DNA from: a virus | Reading direction: 5' to 3' (one strand) | IMG/VR virus record: IMGVR_UViG_3300032897_000003 | Location: 14,930-78,929 of that record | DNA length: 64,000 nucleotides | Part shown: positions 39,507 to 49,342 of the stretch, one piece after another | Layout of the letters: the number at the start of each line of letters is the position of its first letter | How positions within the stretch are numbered: position 1 is the first letter of the stretch | Position numbers and translations under genes: made by a program | The notes under the pieces: model-generated | The model's database searches: none | Told to the model about the DNA's origin: nothing | What the model saw: only the letters and a program-made list of their open reading frames with translations

Positions 39507-39973
39507 CCCGCTACCTCATCCCCCTCGCTCTCGCCTGGGCCATCCTGCTGTCCGGCGTGTGCCGAGCCGACGCTGCCCGCGCAGTCTCGCTCCTCTGCCC
39601 GCCCGGCAGCGCCTACCTCGCGCCGTTGGTCGATTCGGCCGCTCGGCTGTACTTGCTCCATCCCCACTTGCTGGTAGCCGTGGTCGCGCACGAGAGCCGA
39701 TGCGACCCCTGGGCGGCGAGTGGCCGCGGAGACTTCGGCCTCGGCCAGATTCGCATCGGCGGGTCGGCGGCCCTGGGCGCGGCCGCGCTTGAGCTGCAGG
39801 GCCCCGCCCTCAACCTCGCCCTGACCGCTCGCCACCTTGCCCGATGCCTCGTGCTCTGCGGGGCGCTCGGGCCGGCGCTGTCGGTGTACTCGGGACATCG
39901 GCGGTGCCGAGCAAGCAGGTACAGTCGCGCGGTGGTCGCGCTGCTGAGGATGACGTTTCGGGAAAGGAGCTGA
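39503..39973 (+). CDS. secreted lytic transglycosylase (SLT domain)
   Basis: Signal-like N-terminus; LLVAVVAHES..DP.A.S...FGLGQI. Confidence 0.75.
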   Translation: MTRYLIPLALAWAILLSGVCRADAARAVSLLCPPGSAYLAPLVDSAARLYLLHPHLLVAVVAHESRCDPWAASGRGDFGLGQIRIGGSAALGAAALELQGPALNLALTARHLARCLVLCGALGPALSVYSGHRRCRASRYSRAVVALLRMTFRERS

Positions 39974-39976
39974 CCC

Positions 39977-41479
39977 ATGTTGACCAGGAAACGAATCGCG
40001 GAGCTGGGATCCGAGGTAGAAGAGGGCCTGGGAGGCAGGATATCCGACGACGACCTTTTTGACCTGCTGGCCATGGCCGACCCGGCCGAGCGAGAGAAGG
40101 ACCGCGAGAGATGCCGCCGAAAGGCCGAGGCCGAGAGACGATTCAAGCAGACGTTGCCATTTGCAAGGGAGAGGTGACCATGGAAGCGCAGAAGATGATG
40201 ACCGAAGAAGAGATGGCGCTGGAGATTGCGAACGCGTGGCGAAAAGGAAAAGCTGCTCCGCCGATTCCAAGATCGGAATGGGGAATGGACAGCTGGCCTG
40301 GCAGCTGGGAATGTGCTCACGTAGCCCTCGCCAAAGCACGCGAGATGCTCTGCCCTCCGCTGGAGGCGCGGATCAAAGAGCTGGAGGAGATGCTACAGGC
40401 GCAGGGCCGGGCGGTGCAACCGGCAGCGCCCCAATCAGCGCCGACGGTGGTCTCAAACACCGCAACAAGGACGGTGAATTTTGGACCCCAGCCCACGCCG
40501 TTCCGCTGGTCGCCGGAGACGGTTGAGGCGTGCAGGGCAGCTCAAGAAAATGGTCAACGAGGGCTGGCTACCATGCTGATGATCGCCGACATCGCCAGGG
40601 GAGGTGCAGAGTGACCCAAGACGCAAGCGTGCTACAACAGGAATTCAACGCAGCGGTGGTACTCACCGAGGCTAGGTTGCAGGAATTGGACAACGCTCGT
40701 GATGCGGCCAGGCCATCTATGCGATTGCGTCCTCAACTAAGCATCGACGGCAATCAATGGTGCGCGCTGTTCGGGCAGTCTTTGCAAGACGGCGTGGCTG
40801 GATTCGGGGAATCTCCAGACGCTGCCTACAAGGATTTCGACCGAGCGTGGATGGAATCTCTGAAGGACAGAGGTGCAAAGTGAGCTTCCCGACGATCGGC
40901 GAGCATGTCTTGATTTACTCGGAGCTGGACGGATGGGTGGACGACGTGGTGATCACAGAAGTTGACCGGCGCGGTCCAGGTTTTCGTGTTCGACGTCGAT
41001 GGCGTGGTGACGTATTGGCACAACGGAGGCCGGTCACTCTCGGTGCGAGAGGTGATCGTCGAGGCTGCCAGGTGTCAGCGCGCGAAGATGAAGCTCGCGG
41101 AGCTGGAGCGCTTCGCCGAGCGGGTGATTCCGAGGAATGGGTGAGGGCAGCGTAGTCCTGGAGCTCGGTGGCTTGATGTAGCAACAATGAGGTGATGACC
41201 ATGGACCGACCACGCTCAGAATGGGACAAAATCGCCTTGAGTGCTGGGCAAGTGTGGAAACTGGACAACAGCGGAGATGTGTTCAGGTTGGAAGAAATCG
41301 ACGGGCAGAGTGACCGAGGCGATACCTGGAGGGTGAGCTTCTTGAACCGGCAAACTCGGCTACCGGATGGAGAGGTGAGCTTTCTGTTCGCCGAGACCAT
41401 CAAGCGTAGGTGCAACTACCTAGGAATGGACAGCGTCATTGTCGGCGATGGGGTGGCTCATGCCAGCGCAGCAGGGTGA
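39977..41479 (+). CDS. run of small hypothetical genes (39977-40177, ~40180-40614, 40611-40883, ~40960-41144, 41192-41479)
   Basis: Closely packed + strand ORFs with RBSs; no family recognised. Confidence 0.45.
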
Positions 41480-41524
41480 GGATTTGAGAAAACTTTTTTA
41501 CACAGACGTGGTAGACTCTTCCGC

Positions 41525-42364
41525 ATGAAGACCAGGCTCATGCATATTGGACTCGTGTTTCTCGGTCTGGGATTGGTTGGAGTTCCGGTTGGGCAGGCGT
41601 GGTTTGGAGGAGCGAACATTGGGGCGTCGGTCAGCGTCGGCCTTGTGTTGGCGGTGTTGTACGCCGCGATCGTGAGGGTTGCGAACGTCTGGGCTGATGG
41701 CATTTCCAACATGCGGAGGACATTTGCTGTCGTTGGGACTGTCGCTGGAATTGCCGGACCCGTGATCACTGCTTTGTCCACCAATCTACCGGCAGGGTCG
41801 AAGGGAGCAATCGCAGCAGGATTCGCCACAGCGCTACTGGCTTCGTGGAAAGCAGCATTCGGTAGTGGAGGGACGGTAGCGATTCCGTCGAGCGAATCTG
41901 TGACTGTCCCACTCGACCAGAAGAAGGGAGCGGGAGCCGCGGTCGTGTTGGTGCTAGCTGGTCTGCTGTCAGGAAGCGCCCAGGCGGCCGGTCCGCAGCT
42001 CGGCACGTGTGTGGATGCCGGAAACACCTGGTGCGTTCAGCCAGCCACGGCGCTGGGTTGGCAGCTCAACCTAAAGACCGGCGACGTCCGCAACGCGGCT
42101 GTGATGGTTGGCTACTCGCTCGTGCACCAGACCGGCTTCGCGATCGGCGCCGGGCTGTATGGAGGAATGGGACTCGCGGCGAGCGGGCCGAATGCGCCCC
42201 AGCTGAGTCTCGGGGTGAGCCTGACCAACTTCGGCGCGATTCTGATCGGAGCCCAGAGGGCGAAATTCGCTGACGGGACATCGGCCTACCAGGGCGTGGT
42301 CACGCTGGCCGGGACGCTGCAATTTGGCGGGACGCCGGCCTACGCGGGAAAGGCGGTGCAGTGA
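41525..42364 (+). CDS. multi-pass membrane protein
   Basis: Four hydrophobic helices, then an internal signal-like segment and a beta-strand-rich C-terminus. Confidence 0.6.
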   Translation: MKTRLMHIGLVFLGLGLVGVPVGQAWFGGANIGASVSVGLVLAVLYAAIVRVANVWADGISNMRRTFAVVGTVAGIAGPVITALSTNLPAGSKGAIAAGFATALLASWKAAFGSGGTVAIPSSESVTVPLDQKKGAGAAVVLVLAGLLSGSAQAAGPQLGTCVDAGNTWCVQPATALGWQLNLKTGDVRNAAVMVGYSLVHQTGFAIGAGLYGGMGLAASGPNAPQLSLGVSLTNFGAILIGAQRAKFADGTSAYQGVVTLAGTLQFGGTPAYAGKAVQ

Positions 42365-42759
42365 TGCGTTTGTCTCTGTTTTTCTGCGCGGCCGCGCTTT
42401 TCCTCGCGTGCGCCACTCCTCAGCCGACGCCCATCCCCGCGCCGACGCCTGCCCCCGCCCCAGACGCCGCCCCGGATCCGTTCTCGGGCGCCCTGTCCGA
42501 CTGCCACAGCCTGGCAGTCACGTCCGTGCGCTCTTTGGCGGTGGCCGCTACGCGAGCATGCTTGGCGGGCCCGCTCTTTGATAGCTGCCTGGTCGGGCTC
42601 TTCCCGAGCTACACGATCGACAGCGTGGTCTGCGGTGTCGTGGAAAACGGCGAAATCACCAATGTGGCGAGGCTCAAGGGGACGGCCACGCCAGAAGATG
42701 TGCAGGTCAGCGATGCTGCCGGCACATGGTTGACAGCAAGAAAGGTAGGACTCCGATGA
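42361..42759 (+). CDS. lipoprotein
   Basis: Lipobox LFLAC followed by a Pro-rich linker. Confidence 0.65.
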   Translation: MMRLSLFFCAAALFLACATPQPTPIPAPTPAPAPDAAPDPFSGALSDCHSLAVTSVRSLAVAATRACLAGPLFDSCLVGLFPSYTIDSVVCGVVENGEITNVARLKGTATPEDVQVSDAAGTWLTARKVGLR

Positions 42760-43460
42760 GAATGCTTGGCAAGCTGCCCGCGCGGCGTGACCCACGCACG
42801 CTCAAGCTCGAGAAGTACCTTACGGGTGAAGCCCCACACATCCCAGCGGCGCGCGACTGGACTCGCGACACCACGCCGGACACGGATCCGCTTGGCAACA
42901 CGACCTACGGAGATTGCGCCTATGCGGACATCGGGCACCTCATCACTCTGCTCTTCGCGCTCCAGGGTAAGCCGAGCCCGGTGACCACCGCCGGCATCCT
43001 GTCCGCCTACTCTGCGGGCACCGGATTCGACCCGGCGAAGCCGGACACGGACAACGGCGCGAGCATGCTCGACGTGGCCAACCAGTTCCGGCAGGATGGC
43101 ATCTGCGGCGTGAAGTGCGAGGCTTTCGTCAAGGTGGAGCCCCAGAATCTTGCCTTGGCCATCGAGCTATTCGGCGCGGTGACGATTGGCTTCCGCTTGC
43201 CCAACTCGGCCATGAGCCAGGACATCTGGGACGTGGTCCCGAACGACGGCGGCGAGGCGGGCGGCCACGCGGTCTGCGTGGCGGCGCAATCTCCGCTGCT
43301 CTTGCCCTGCATCTCGTGGGGCGAGCGGCACCCGATCACTTACCCGTTCCTCGGTCGCTATTACGACGAGATCTACGCCTACCTGGTGCCCGACCTGCTG
43401 GTTCCGAACGGGCTCGACCTGGCAGCGTTGCGGGCGGATCTGGCGCTGGTCACAGGGTGA
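42756..43460 (+). CDS. papain-like (C1-type) cysteine protease
   Basis: GDCAYA, GGHAV, ISWG. Confidence 0.7.
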   Translation: MRMLGKLPARRDPRTLKLEKYLTGEAPHIPAARDWTRDTTPDTDPLGNTTYGDCAYADIGHLITLLFALQGKPSPVTTAGILSAYSAGTGFDPAKPDTDNGASMLDVANQFRQDGICGVKCEAFVKVEPQNLALAIELFGAVTIGFRLPNSAMSQDIWDVVPNDGGEAGGHAVCVAAQSPLLLPCISWGERHPITYPFLGRYYDEIYAYLVPDLLVPNGLDLAALRADLALVTG

Positions 43461-44029
43461 AGTACGTCGGCATCGACGCCGGCAAGCACGGAGCTATCGC
43501 CAAGATCGACGATGCGCATGCCGTGCTTGCTATGTGCGACTGTCCCTTGGATGCGCATGGGGAGATAGACAGGTTTGGCATCCTGAAGATGGTAGGTGAG
43601 TTGATCGGGCGCGAGCAGGACATGTGCCGGGTTGTGATTGAGCGGGTGCGCGCTATGCCTTACGCGGGGAAGGTGGCGTATGTGCCAGGGAAGCGCCGGG
43701 CCTGCCAAGGGACTGAGGCGGCATTCGAGCTCGGCCGGTCGTACGAAGACTGGATGATGGCCTTGGCAGCTTACGGGGTGGCACCGCTCGAGGTGCCCCC
43801 TCAGAGCTGGCAGAGCATGATGATCGGGCGCGAGCTGATGCGTCTGCAGAAGGGGAAGGCACCGTCTGCCACGGTGGCATGCAACCGGTTCCCGTCGGCA
43901 AGACCGCTACTGTATGGCCCACGCGGAGGAATCATCGACGGCAGGGCGGACGCATTGCTGATAGCCGCCTATGGGGCTGCAACCCTGAAGTCTGGTCATC
44001 GGTCCATGTCAGCTAATCCTAGTGCTTGA
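43457..44029 (+). CDS. RuvC-like Holliday junction resolvase
   Basis: YVGIDAGKHGAIA, VVIERV, PQSWQ, DGRADALLIAAY. Confidence 0.85.
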   Translation: MKYVGIDAGKHGAIAKIDDAHAVLAMCDCPLDAHGEIDRFGILKMVGELIGREQDMCRVVIERVRAMPYAGKVAYVPGKRRACQGTEAAFELGRSYEDWMMALAAYGVAPLEVPPQSWQSMMIGRELMRLQKGKAPSATVACNRFPSARPLLYGPRGGIIDGRADALLIAAYGAATLKSGHRSMSANPSA

Positions 44030-44291
44030 CATCTGTCCAGTAGTGGTTATGCTTCCGGTCATGAGGTCGCAAGATGGGAACCGCGAGGAACATAACGAGC
44101 TGGAGTCTGGTACTGGATAGGCGTTGTGCCTGCGGGCACTCCGCCTGCATTGCTGCACAGAAAGCGGCAACCGAGCGTCGCCTGGCAATCCTGCGAGCCC
44201 AAGAGCATCTGTTCGACGATTCGAGCAGGCCATCGACAGCGCCGAACCGTCGGCTTGCTCTACCAGCGTTGGCAGCCTAACCAGTTTGCGC

Positions 44292-44405
44292 TTGACGACA
44301 GTGTGTCTGTCGTCGCACAGTAGTGCTTTGAGAGCCGAGGTGGTCCAACCTCCTGCAGAGCATCTAGGCCCCTTCCAGTTGGTCCCTGGGAGGGGCCACT
44401 TTTTT
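44292..44405 (+). ncRNA. candidate ~80-nt small RNA with its own promoter and intrinsic terminator
   Basis: TTGACG-18-CACAGT, a hairpin, then a 12-bp GC stem followed by a T-tract. Confidence 0.45.
44367..44405 (+). terminator. rho-independent terminator
   Basis: GGCCCCTTCCAG-loop-CTGGGAGGGGCC followed by ACTTTTTT. Confidence 0.75.
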
Positions 44406-44442
44406 GTGCTGGACAGCTTCCGTCGGTGTTACCATGCCATGC

Positions 44443-45159
44443 ATGGCTAAGCGTAAGGACCAAGCCGACGGCCACTCGGCTGTAGCCATCGGCAAGATCA
44501 GAGATCGAATCAAAGAGTTTCGTCGGGTGCCAGCGGAGTTACTGCGACCGAGCAGGTTGAACTTCCGTCGACATCCGGAAGAGCAGCGGGCGGCGATGCG
44601 GGCTATCCTGACAGAGATTGGATACGCCGGAGCAGCCTTGGCCAGGGAACTGCCAGACGGCTCACTGGAGCTCATCGACGGGCATCTGCGAAGCGAAGAG
44701 AGCAGCGGGCAGATGGTGCCGACGTTGATCCTTGATGTGACAGCGGAGGAAGCGGCAACCCTCGTGGCCTTGTACGATCCGATCGGCGATCTAGCGAAGA
44801 TCGACCAGGCCGCGGTCAATATCGCTCTCGAAAACGTGCAGGTGGACGCGGATCCACTGCAGGTCGTCCTGCTCGAGTTGAGCGGATCAGGGCAACTGGT
44901 TCCGAAGGATGACGGTGGCACGAAGGGCGGTAAGGAATCGGTGCCAGAAATGGACCTGCGTCCGTACGAGCACTACGATTACGTGCTGGTCCTGGCCCGG
45001 ACGACCATGGACTGGCAGGCCTTGGCAACGCTGTTAGGACTGGAGAAGATCGACGCGAGTCCGACGGCGAAGGTGAAGAAGATCGGGCTTGGCCACTGCA
45101 TCGACGCCAAGGTGTTGTTGCAGAAGCTGCAGGGAATCGCCAATGCTCCAGCGCAGTGA
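44443..45159 (+). CDS. ParB/Srx-like N-terminal domain protein
   Basis: LRPSRLNFRRHPEEQ...I..IGY...LIDGHLR. Confidence 0.75.
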   Translation: MAKRKDQADGHSAVAIGKIRDRIKEFRRVPAELLRPSRLNFRRHPEEQRAAMRAILTEIGYAGAALARELPDGSLELIDGHLRSEESSGQMVPTLILDVTAEEAATLVALYDPIGDLAKIDQAAVNIALENVQVDADPLQVVLLELSGSGQLVPKDDGGTKGGKESVPEMDLRPYEHYDYVLVLARTTMDWQALATLLGLEKIDASPTAKVKKIGLGHCIDAKVLLQKLQGIANAPAQ

Positions 45160-45895
45160 CCTCGAAGTGGCCATCCCATCAAGCGGAAGGGCCAAGAGAT
45201 GCTGGCAGACCATGCGCACTCTCTTGCCGATGGCCAATGTCTACGTTGCCGAACGAGAGGTGGACGACTATCGATCTGCCGGGATCCCTGCCGAGCGCAT
45301 TCGGACGCATCCGAACCTTGAAGGGATGGGAGCCATCCGGAACCACCTCGTGCAAGACGCGCGCAAGTCTGCCCTGGTCTGTATCGATGACGATCTGCGC
45401 TTCATCCTTTGCCGTGTGGGGCGCAAGCCGAGGAAGATAGCGGAGCCGGAGCGGATCTTCGACATCATGTACGGGTCCGCTCTAGTTGCATCCGAGATTC
45501 CCGTAGCGATGTTCGGATGGGGCGTGCAAGCCATGCCCTGGTTCTACCGAGATAGCGATCCGATGACGTTGTGTGGGGCGTTCGGAGGAGCGGTTGGATT
45601 CATCGGGAAGACGGCACGATACGACGACCGGTTGAAGGTTGGCGAAGACGTCGACGTCATCTTGCGGGAATTGCGAGAGCGGAGGATCGTGTTCTCGGAC
45701 AAGCGCTACTACTGGAATTTCGGCAAGGTGATGGGTGGAGCTGGCGGGCTCCAAGCCGTGCGAAGTGAGGAGCGATGCCGATTGGACCGAGAGCTGCTGA
45801 AAGCAAAGTGGGGAGAGTCACTCCATTTGCTCGAAGATCGGCCGGGGGTCCACTGCCGACTGAGGGTCAAGCGCCGACAAGCGTGGACCGAGTGA
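45143..45895 (+). CDS. GT-A glycosyltransferase (GREB1/TET-associated type)
   Basis: VAIPSSGRA, G.GAIRN, CIDDD, GEDVD, GGAGG. Confidence 0.7.
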   Translation: MLQRSDLEVAIPSSGRAKRCWQTMRTLLPMANVYVAEREVDDYRSAGIPAERIRTHPNLEGMGAIRNHLVQDARKSALVCIDDDLRFILCRVGRKPRKIAEPERIFDIMYGSALVASEIPVAMFGWGVQAMPWFYRDSDPMTLCGAFGGAVGFIGKTARYDDRLKVGEDVDVILRELRERRIVFSDKRYYWNFGKVMGGAGGLQAVRSEERCRLDRELLKAKWGESLHLLEDRPGVHCRLRVKRRQAWTE

Positions 45896-45920
45896 GATTA
45901 TAGCGTCAGACGAATTGTTA

Positions 45921-45949
45921 TTGCGGATGGCGCTACTGTCTGGTAGCAT
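45921..45949 (+). promoter_or_regulatory. sigma70-like promoter TTGCGG-17-TAGCAT (extended -10)
   Basis: Intergenic, canonical spacing, TG present. Confidence 0.55.
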
Positions 45950-45976
45950 GTTGGTACCACTCACAGGAGGACCACC

Positions 45977-46582
45977 ATGCTACTGTTCACGAAGAAGCAT
46001 TATCCGCTCCCGTCCGTTGTCTCGGCACTGCAAAAGTCCATCCGGCGCGGCGACGTCAAGATGGCTGGCTATTGGGCATGCGAGATGTGGCAATCTGGAT
46101 TTGACGCCTACTTTTGGCGACGGATCCTCATCATCTCGGCCGAGGATGTCGCCGGGATCGTCACGCTCGAGGTGCTGGCGCTCCACGATGCCTATTGCAT
46201 CATCAACAAGCACCGCAAGGGGGACGGGGGCGGCCAGCTGTTTGTCTGCAAGGCAGCGTACTTGCTCGCCAAGGCTCAGAAATCGCGCGACGTCGACAAT
46301 CTGATCAACCTGGTCTGCATGGACGGGCTCGGCATCTCGAACGAGGAGATCCAGCATGACCTGGAGGCGGCCGGCCAGGCAACGATGGACGACTTCCCGA
46401 TCCCGCAGGAGGCGTGGGACTACCATACGCCCAAGGGGAAGAAGAACGGCGAAACCCGGGAAACGTTCATCGTGCGCGAGCACGAGGCCTTGCGTCCGCG
46501 GGTGCCGGGCATTTACGACGATCTCGTCGAGCAGGTGAAAGACAAGCTCGCGCCGGCAAAGAAAGAGCTCGTGCTCAAGTAG
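45977..46582 (+). CDS. MgsA/RarA C-terminal helical domain protein (no ATPase domain)
   Basis: VVSALQKSIRRGD, WRRILIISAEDV, LAKAQKSR. Confidence 0.75.
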   Translation: MLLFTKKHYPLPSVVSALQKSIRRGDVKMAGYWACEMWQSGFDAYFWRRILIISAEDVAGIVTLEVLALHDAYCIINKHRKGDGGGQLFVCKAAYLLAKAQKSRDVDNLINLVCMDGLGISNEEIQHDLEAAGQATMDDFPIPQEAWDYHTPKGKKNGETRETFIVREHEALRPRVPGIYDDLVEQVKDKLAPAKKELVLK

Positions 46583-46604
46583 ACGTCACGCGGCAAACAT
46601 GAAG

Positions 46605-46637
46605 AAACGCCGGTCCCAGCGACCGGCGTTTATTTTA
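46605..46637 (+). terminator. intrinsic terminator
   Basis: AAACGCCGGTC-CCAGC-GACCGGCGTTT followed by ATTTT. Confidence 0.7.
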
Positions 46638-46729
46638 TCGTGGTATGCTGTTTTTTCTTGTCTGCACCGCCATGGTATGTCACTATTAATTGGTACGATA
46701 CGACGGACCACAACAAGGAGCATTGGACC

Positions 46730-47797
46730 ATGGCACACGAGCTTGAGATGAAGAACGGCAAGGCAGCAATGATCTACGTCGGCGAGACGCCCTGGCACGG
46801 CCTGGGAAAGAAGCTCGAGGTTGCTCCGGCGACCACCGAGGAAGCGATCAAGCTCGCCGGGCTCGACTGGCAGATCGCGCTGGAAGAGATGAAGCTTGAC
46901 GATGGTACGGTGGTCGACTGCTCGAAAGCGGTCGTCCGCCAGAGCGACCGATCGATCCTCGGCGTCGTGGGGAACGGGTGGGAGCCGGTGCAGAACGCGA
47001 AGGCATTCCAGCCGTTCGAGCCGTTTTTGAAGGCCGGCGTCGCGACCATCGAAACTGCGGGCAGCCTGCGGGATGGCAAGCGGGTGTGGATGCTCGCCAA
47101 GGTGAACCGACCGGACAGCGTGATCGTCCCGAGCGCAGACGATCGGGTCGCCAAGTACCTGATGGCGGCAGTCGGCCACGATGGGACGTTGGCTTTCCGG
47201 ATCGGCTACACTCCGATCCGGGTCGTCTGCCAGAACACGCTCTCTGTTGCTATCGACCGAGGTCAGTCGACGCACGTGCGCCTGTCGCACGTGTCGGGCG
47301 TCAACAAGGCCATCGACGAAATCACGCGGATGATCGAGGGCATCGATGCGCGCTTCGAGGAAAGTGCCAAGGTGTTTCGCGAGCTGGCTGCCCGCAAGGT
47401 GCGCAACGACGCTCAGCTGCGCGAGTACGTGGACGCGGTCTACAGCGTGAAGAAGCCCGAGTCCTCCGCCACTGGAGCTGCCATCCTGAACGAGCTTCTC
47501 GCGAAGCCGCACAAGTCGAGCCAGCCGTCCCCATTCTCCCCCGAAGGCGGCAACATGCTTGCCGAGACCAAGTCGAAGGTGTTCGAGGAGATTGCGCGCC
47601 TGTTCGAGTTCGGCAAGGGGAACACGAACCCGGCGGTAGCGGGTACCGCGTGGGCGGCCTACAACGCCGTGACCGAGCACCTGACCTGGCACCGCGGTCG
47701 CAGCCAGGACGCTCGTCTCGAGAACCTGTGGATGAAGGTCGAAGGGCCGAGCTCGAAGGCGTTGCCGGCAGCGGTCGACACGTTCCTTCGCAACTAG
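46730..47797 (+). CDS. DUF932/DUF945 (TIGR03299-like) phage/plasmid protein
   Basis: ETPWHGLG, VQN..AF, ETAGSL..GKRVW, TPIRVVCQNTL, GTAWAAYNAVTE. Confidence 0.9.
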   Translation: MAHELEMKNGKAAMIYVGETPWHGLGKKLEVAPATTEEAIKLAGLDWQIALEEMKLDDGTVVDCSKAVVRQSDRSILGVVGNGWEPVQNAKAFQPFEPFLKAGVATIETAGSLRDGKRVWMLAKVNRPDSVIVPSADDRVAKYLMAAVGHDGTLAFRIGYTPIRVVCQNTLSVAIDRGQSTHVRLSHVSGVNKAIDEITRMIEGIDARFEESAKVFRELAARKVRNDAQLREYVDAVYSVKKPESSATGAAILNELLAKPHKSSQPSPFSPEGGNMLAETKSKVFEEIARLFEFGKGNTNPAVAGTAWAAYNAVTEHLTWHRGRSQDARLENLWMKVEGPSSKALPAAVDTFLRN

Positions 47798-47875
47798 AAG
47801 CGAGTCGACGGTGCGGGCGGAGAGCGCTCCGCCCAATCCGCCGGGCCGTTTCCCGGGAATGCAAAGGAGTCTCGC

Positions 47876-48469
47876 ATGCGCCTAAACCGAAGGTTCTCGC
47901 CTTGGAAAGTCGCCAGCAAGGACATAACCCGCCAGCACCTGACCCACTGCTATCTCGACGTGGAGAAGCAGAAGCTGGTCGCGACCAACGGCAACGCCAT
48001 GGCGGTGGTGCCGGTCGATGAGCTGTCGCAATCTCCGGGCCCCTGCCCCAACGATGAGAGCGGGTTCGTTTCGGTCGCGGCGCTCGAGCAAGCGAAGAAG
48101 CTGACGCCGAAGTCGCTAGACGGCGTGATCCTGTCGGCCAACGGACAGCACGTGTTCCTTGGTGGAGCGACCATGCCAAGGGCCAAGGCCGAGCCGCTGG
48201 AGTTTCCACCCTGGGAGCGAGTTGTGCCGTCCTACCGGCGCGGTTCGGCTGGAACAGTGACCATCGGGGTAGACCCGACCATGCTCGCCACGCTGGCGAA
48301 GGCCATCGGCGAGGAAAGGGCGGTGTCGTTGACATTCCCCAGCCCGAGCTCGTGCCCGAATTGCGACCACTACTCAGAGCAGCTCGGACACGTCGAGATG
48401 CTGGATCCGATTCGTGTTGAAGGTTCGAGCGGGGAGGCATTCGGACTGCTGATGCCGGTGCGGCTATGA
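47876..48469 (+). CDS. truncated DNA polymerase III beta-clamp-like protein
   Basis: LVATNGNAMAV, FPPWERVVP, C-terminal GLLMPVRL. Confidence 0.65.
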   Translation: MRLNRRFSPWKVASKDITRQHLTHCYLDVEKQKLVATNGNAMAVVPVDELSQSPGPCPNDESGFVSVAALEQAKKLTPKSLDGVILSANGQHVFLGGATMPRAKAEPLEFPPWERVVPSYRRGSAGTVTIGVDPTMLATLAKAIGEERAVSLTFPSPSSCPNCDHYSEQLGHVEMLDPIRVEGSSGEAFGLLMPVRL

Positions 48470-48557
48470 CGTTGGATCGAGACTTCTTCCGCACCCCACC
48501 TCGCCACAACCCGAGGAAGGCGTCGGCGATCCGGGATGCCCTTCAGGTAACGCAGAT

Positions 48558-49340
48558 ATGAGCATCCCAGAGTACGAAGCCCTGACCGAACACACGACGA
48601 TCGCCGACATGGTGCGCGTCTATCAGGAGGCAGAGGCGGATATCCGGGCTGGATTCGGTTTGGTCAAGCGAGGGATGGAGCGAGTGAACGAGAGTACCAG
48701 GCTGCGCGACGTCGATGTTGACAACCCGGACGAAACCGCATCCGAGCTTAGACGAGCTTTTTGGAGATCCATGGTGACAAAGCTCCAAATGGAGCGAGCC
48801 ATGTCGGTCAAGCAATGGAACGAATTCGACCAGAAGCTTAGGCACGATGCCCCGCCGCCGGTCACGGTTGAGATCGTTGAAGGCATGGTGAGGCAGTTCC
48901 GTGCCGACCTGCCTGAGATGCTGCAGAGATCGGTCAAAGAGATGTTCGAGTGGCTGCGCCCGAGGGACTCAGAGTACAAGACGAACAGCGAGTACGAGAT
49001 CGGGAAGCGGGTGGTATTGAACGGAGTGATCAGGCGTGGCTACCTCGATCATTGGGACGTGAACTACCACTACGAGCAAGATCTGCGGGCCCTCGAGAAC
49101 GTGTTCTTGCTCTGCGATTGTCGAGTGGTCCGAGAGAAGGCTTCGCACTACTCCGACCTGTCGCTGTCGATCAAGGCGTGTCCAGTTAGCGGACCATGCA
49201 GGGGGGAGACGGAGTATTTCCGGTTCTCCGGGTACAAGAAGGGGACGATCCATCTCGAGTTCAAGCGACCTGAGCTGGTGGCGAAGCTGAACGCCATCGC
49301 GGGAGGAATGCGACTCAAACCCAGCGCAGAAGGAGTGTAG
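48558..49340 (+). CDS. DUF4942 domain protein
   Basis: VKEMFEWLRP...YKTN...IGKRVVL, EYF....YKKGTIHLEFKRPELV.KLN. Confidence 0.8.
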   Translation: MSIPEYEALTEHTTIADMVRVYQEAEADIRAGFGLVKRGMERVNESTRLRDVDVDNPDETASELRRAFWRSMVTKLQMERAMSVKQWNEFDQKLRHDAPPPVTVEIVEGMVRQFRADLPEMLQRSVKEMFEWLRPRDSEYKTNSEYEIGKRVVLNGVIRRGYLDHWDVNYHYEQDLRALENVFLLCDCRVVREKASHYSDLSLSIKACPVSGPCRGETEYFRFSGYKKGTIHLEFKRPELVAKLNAIAGGMRLKPSAEGV

Positions 49341-49342
49341 CA

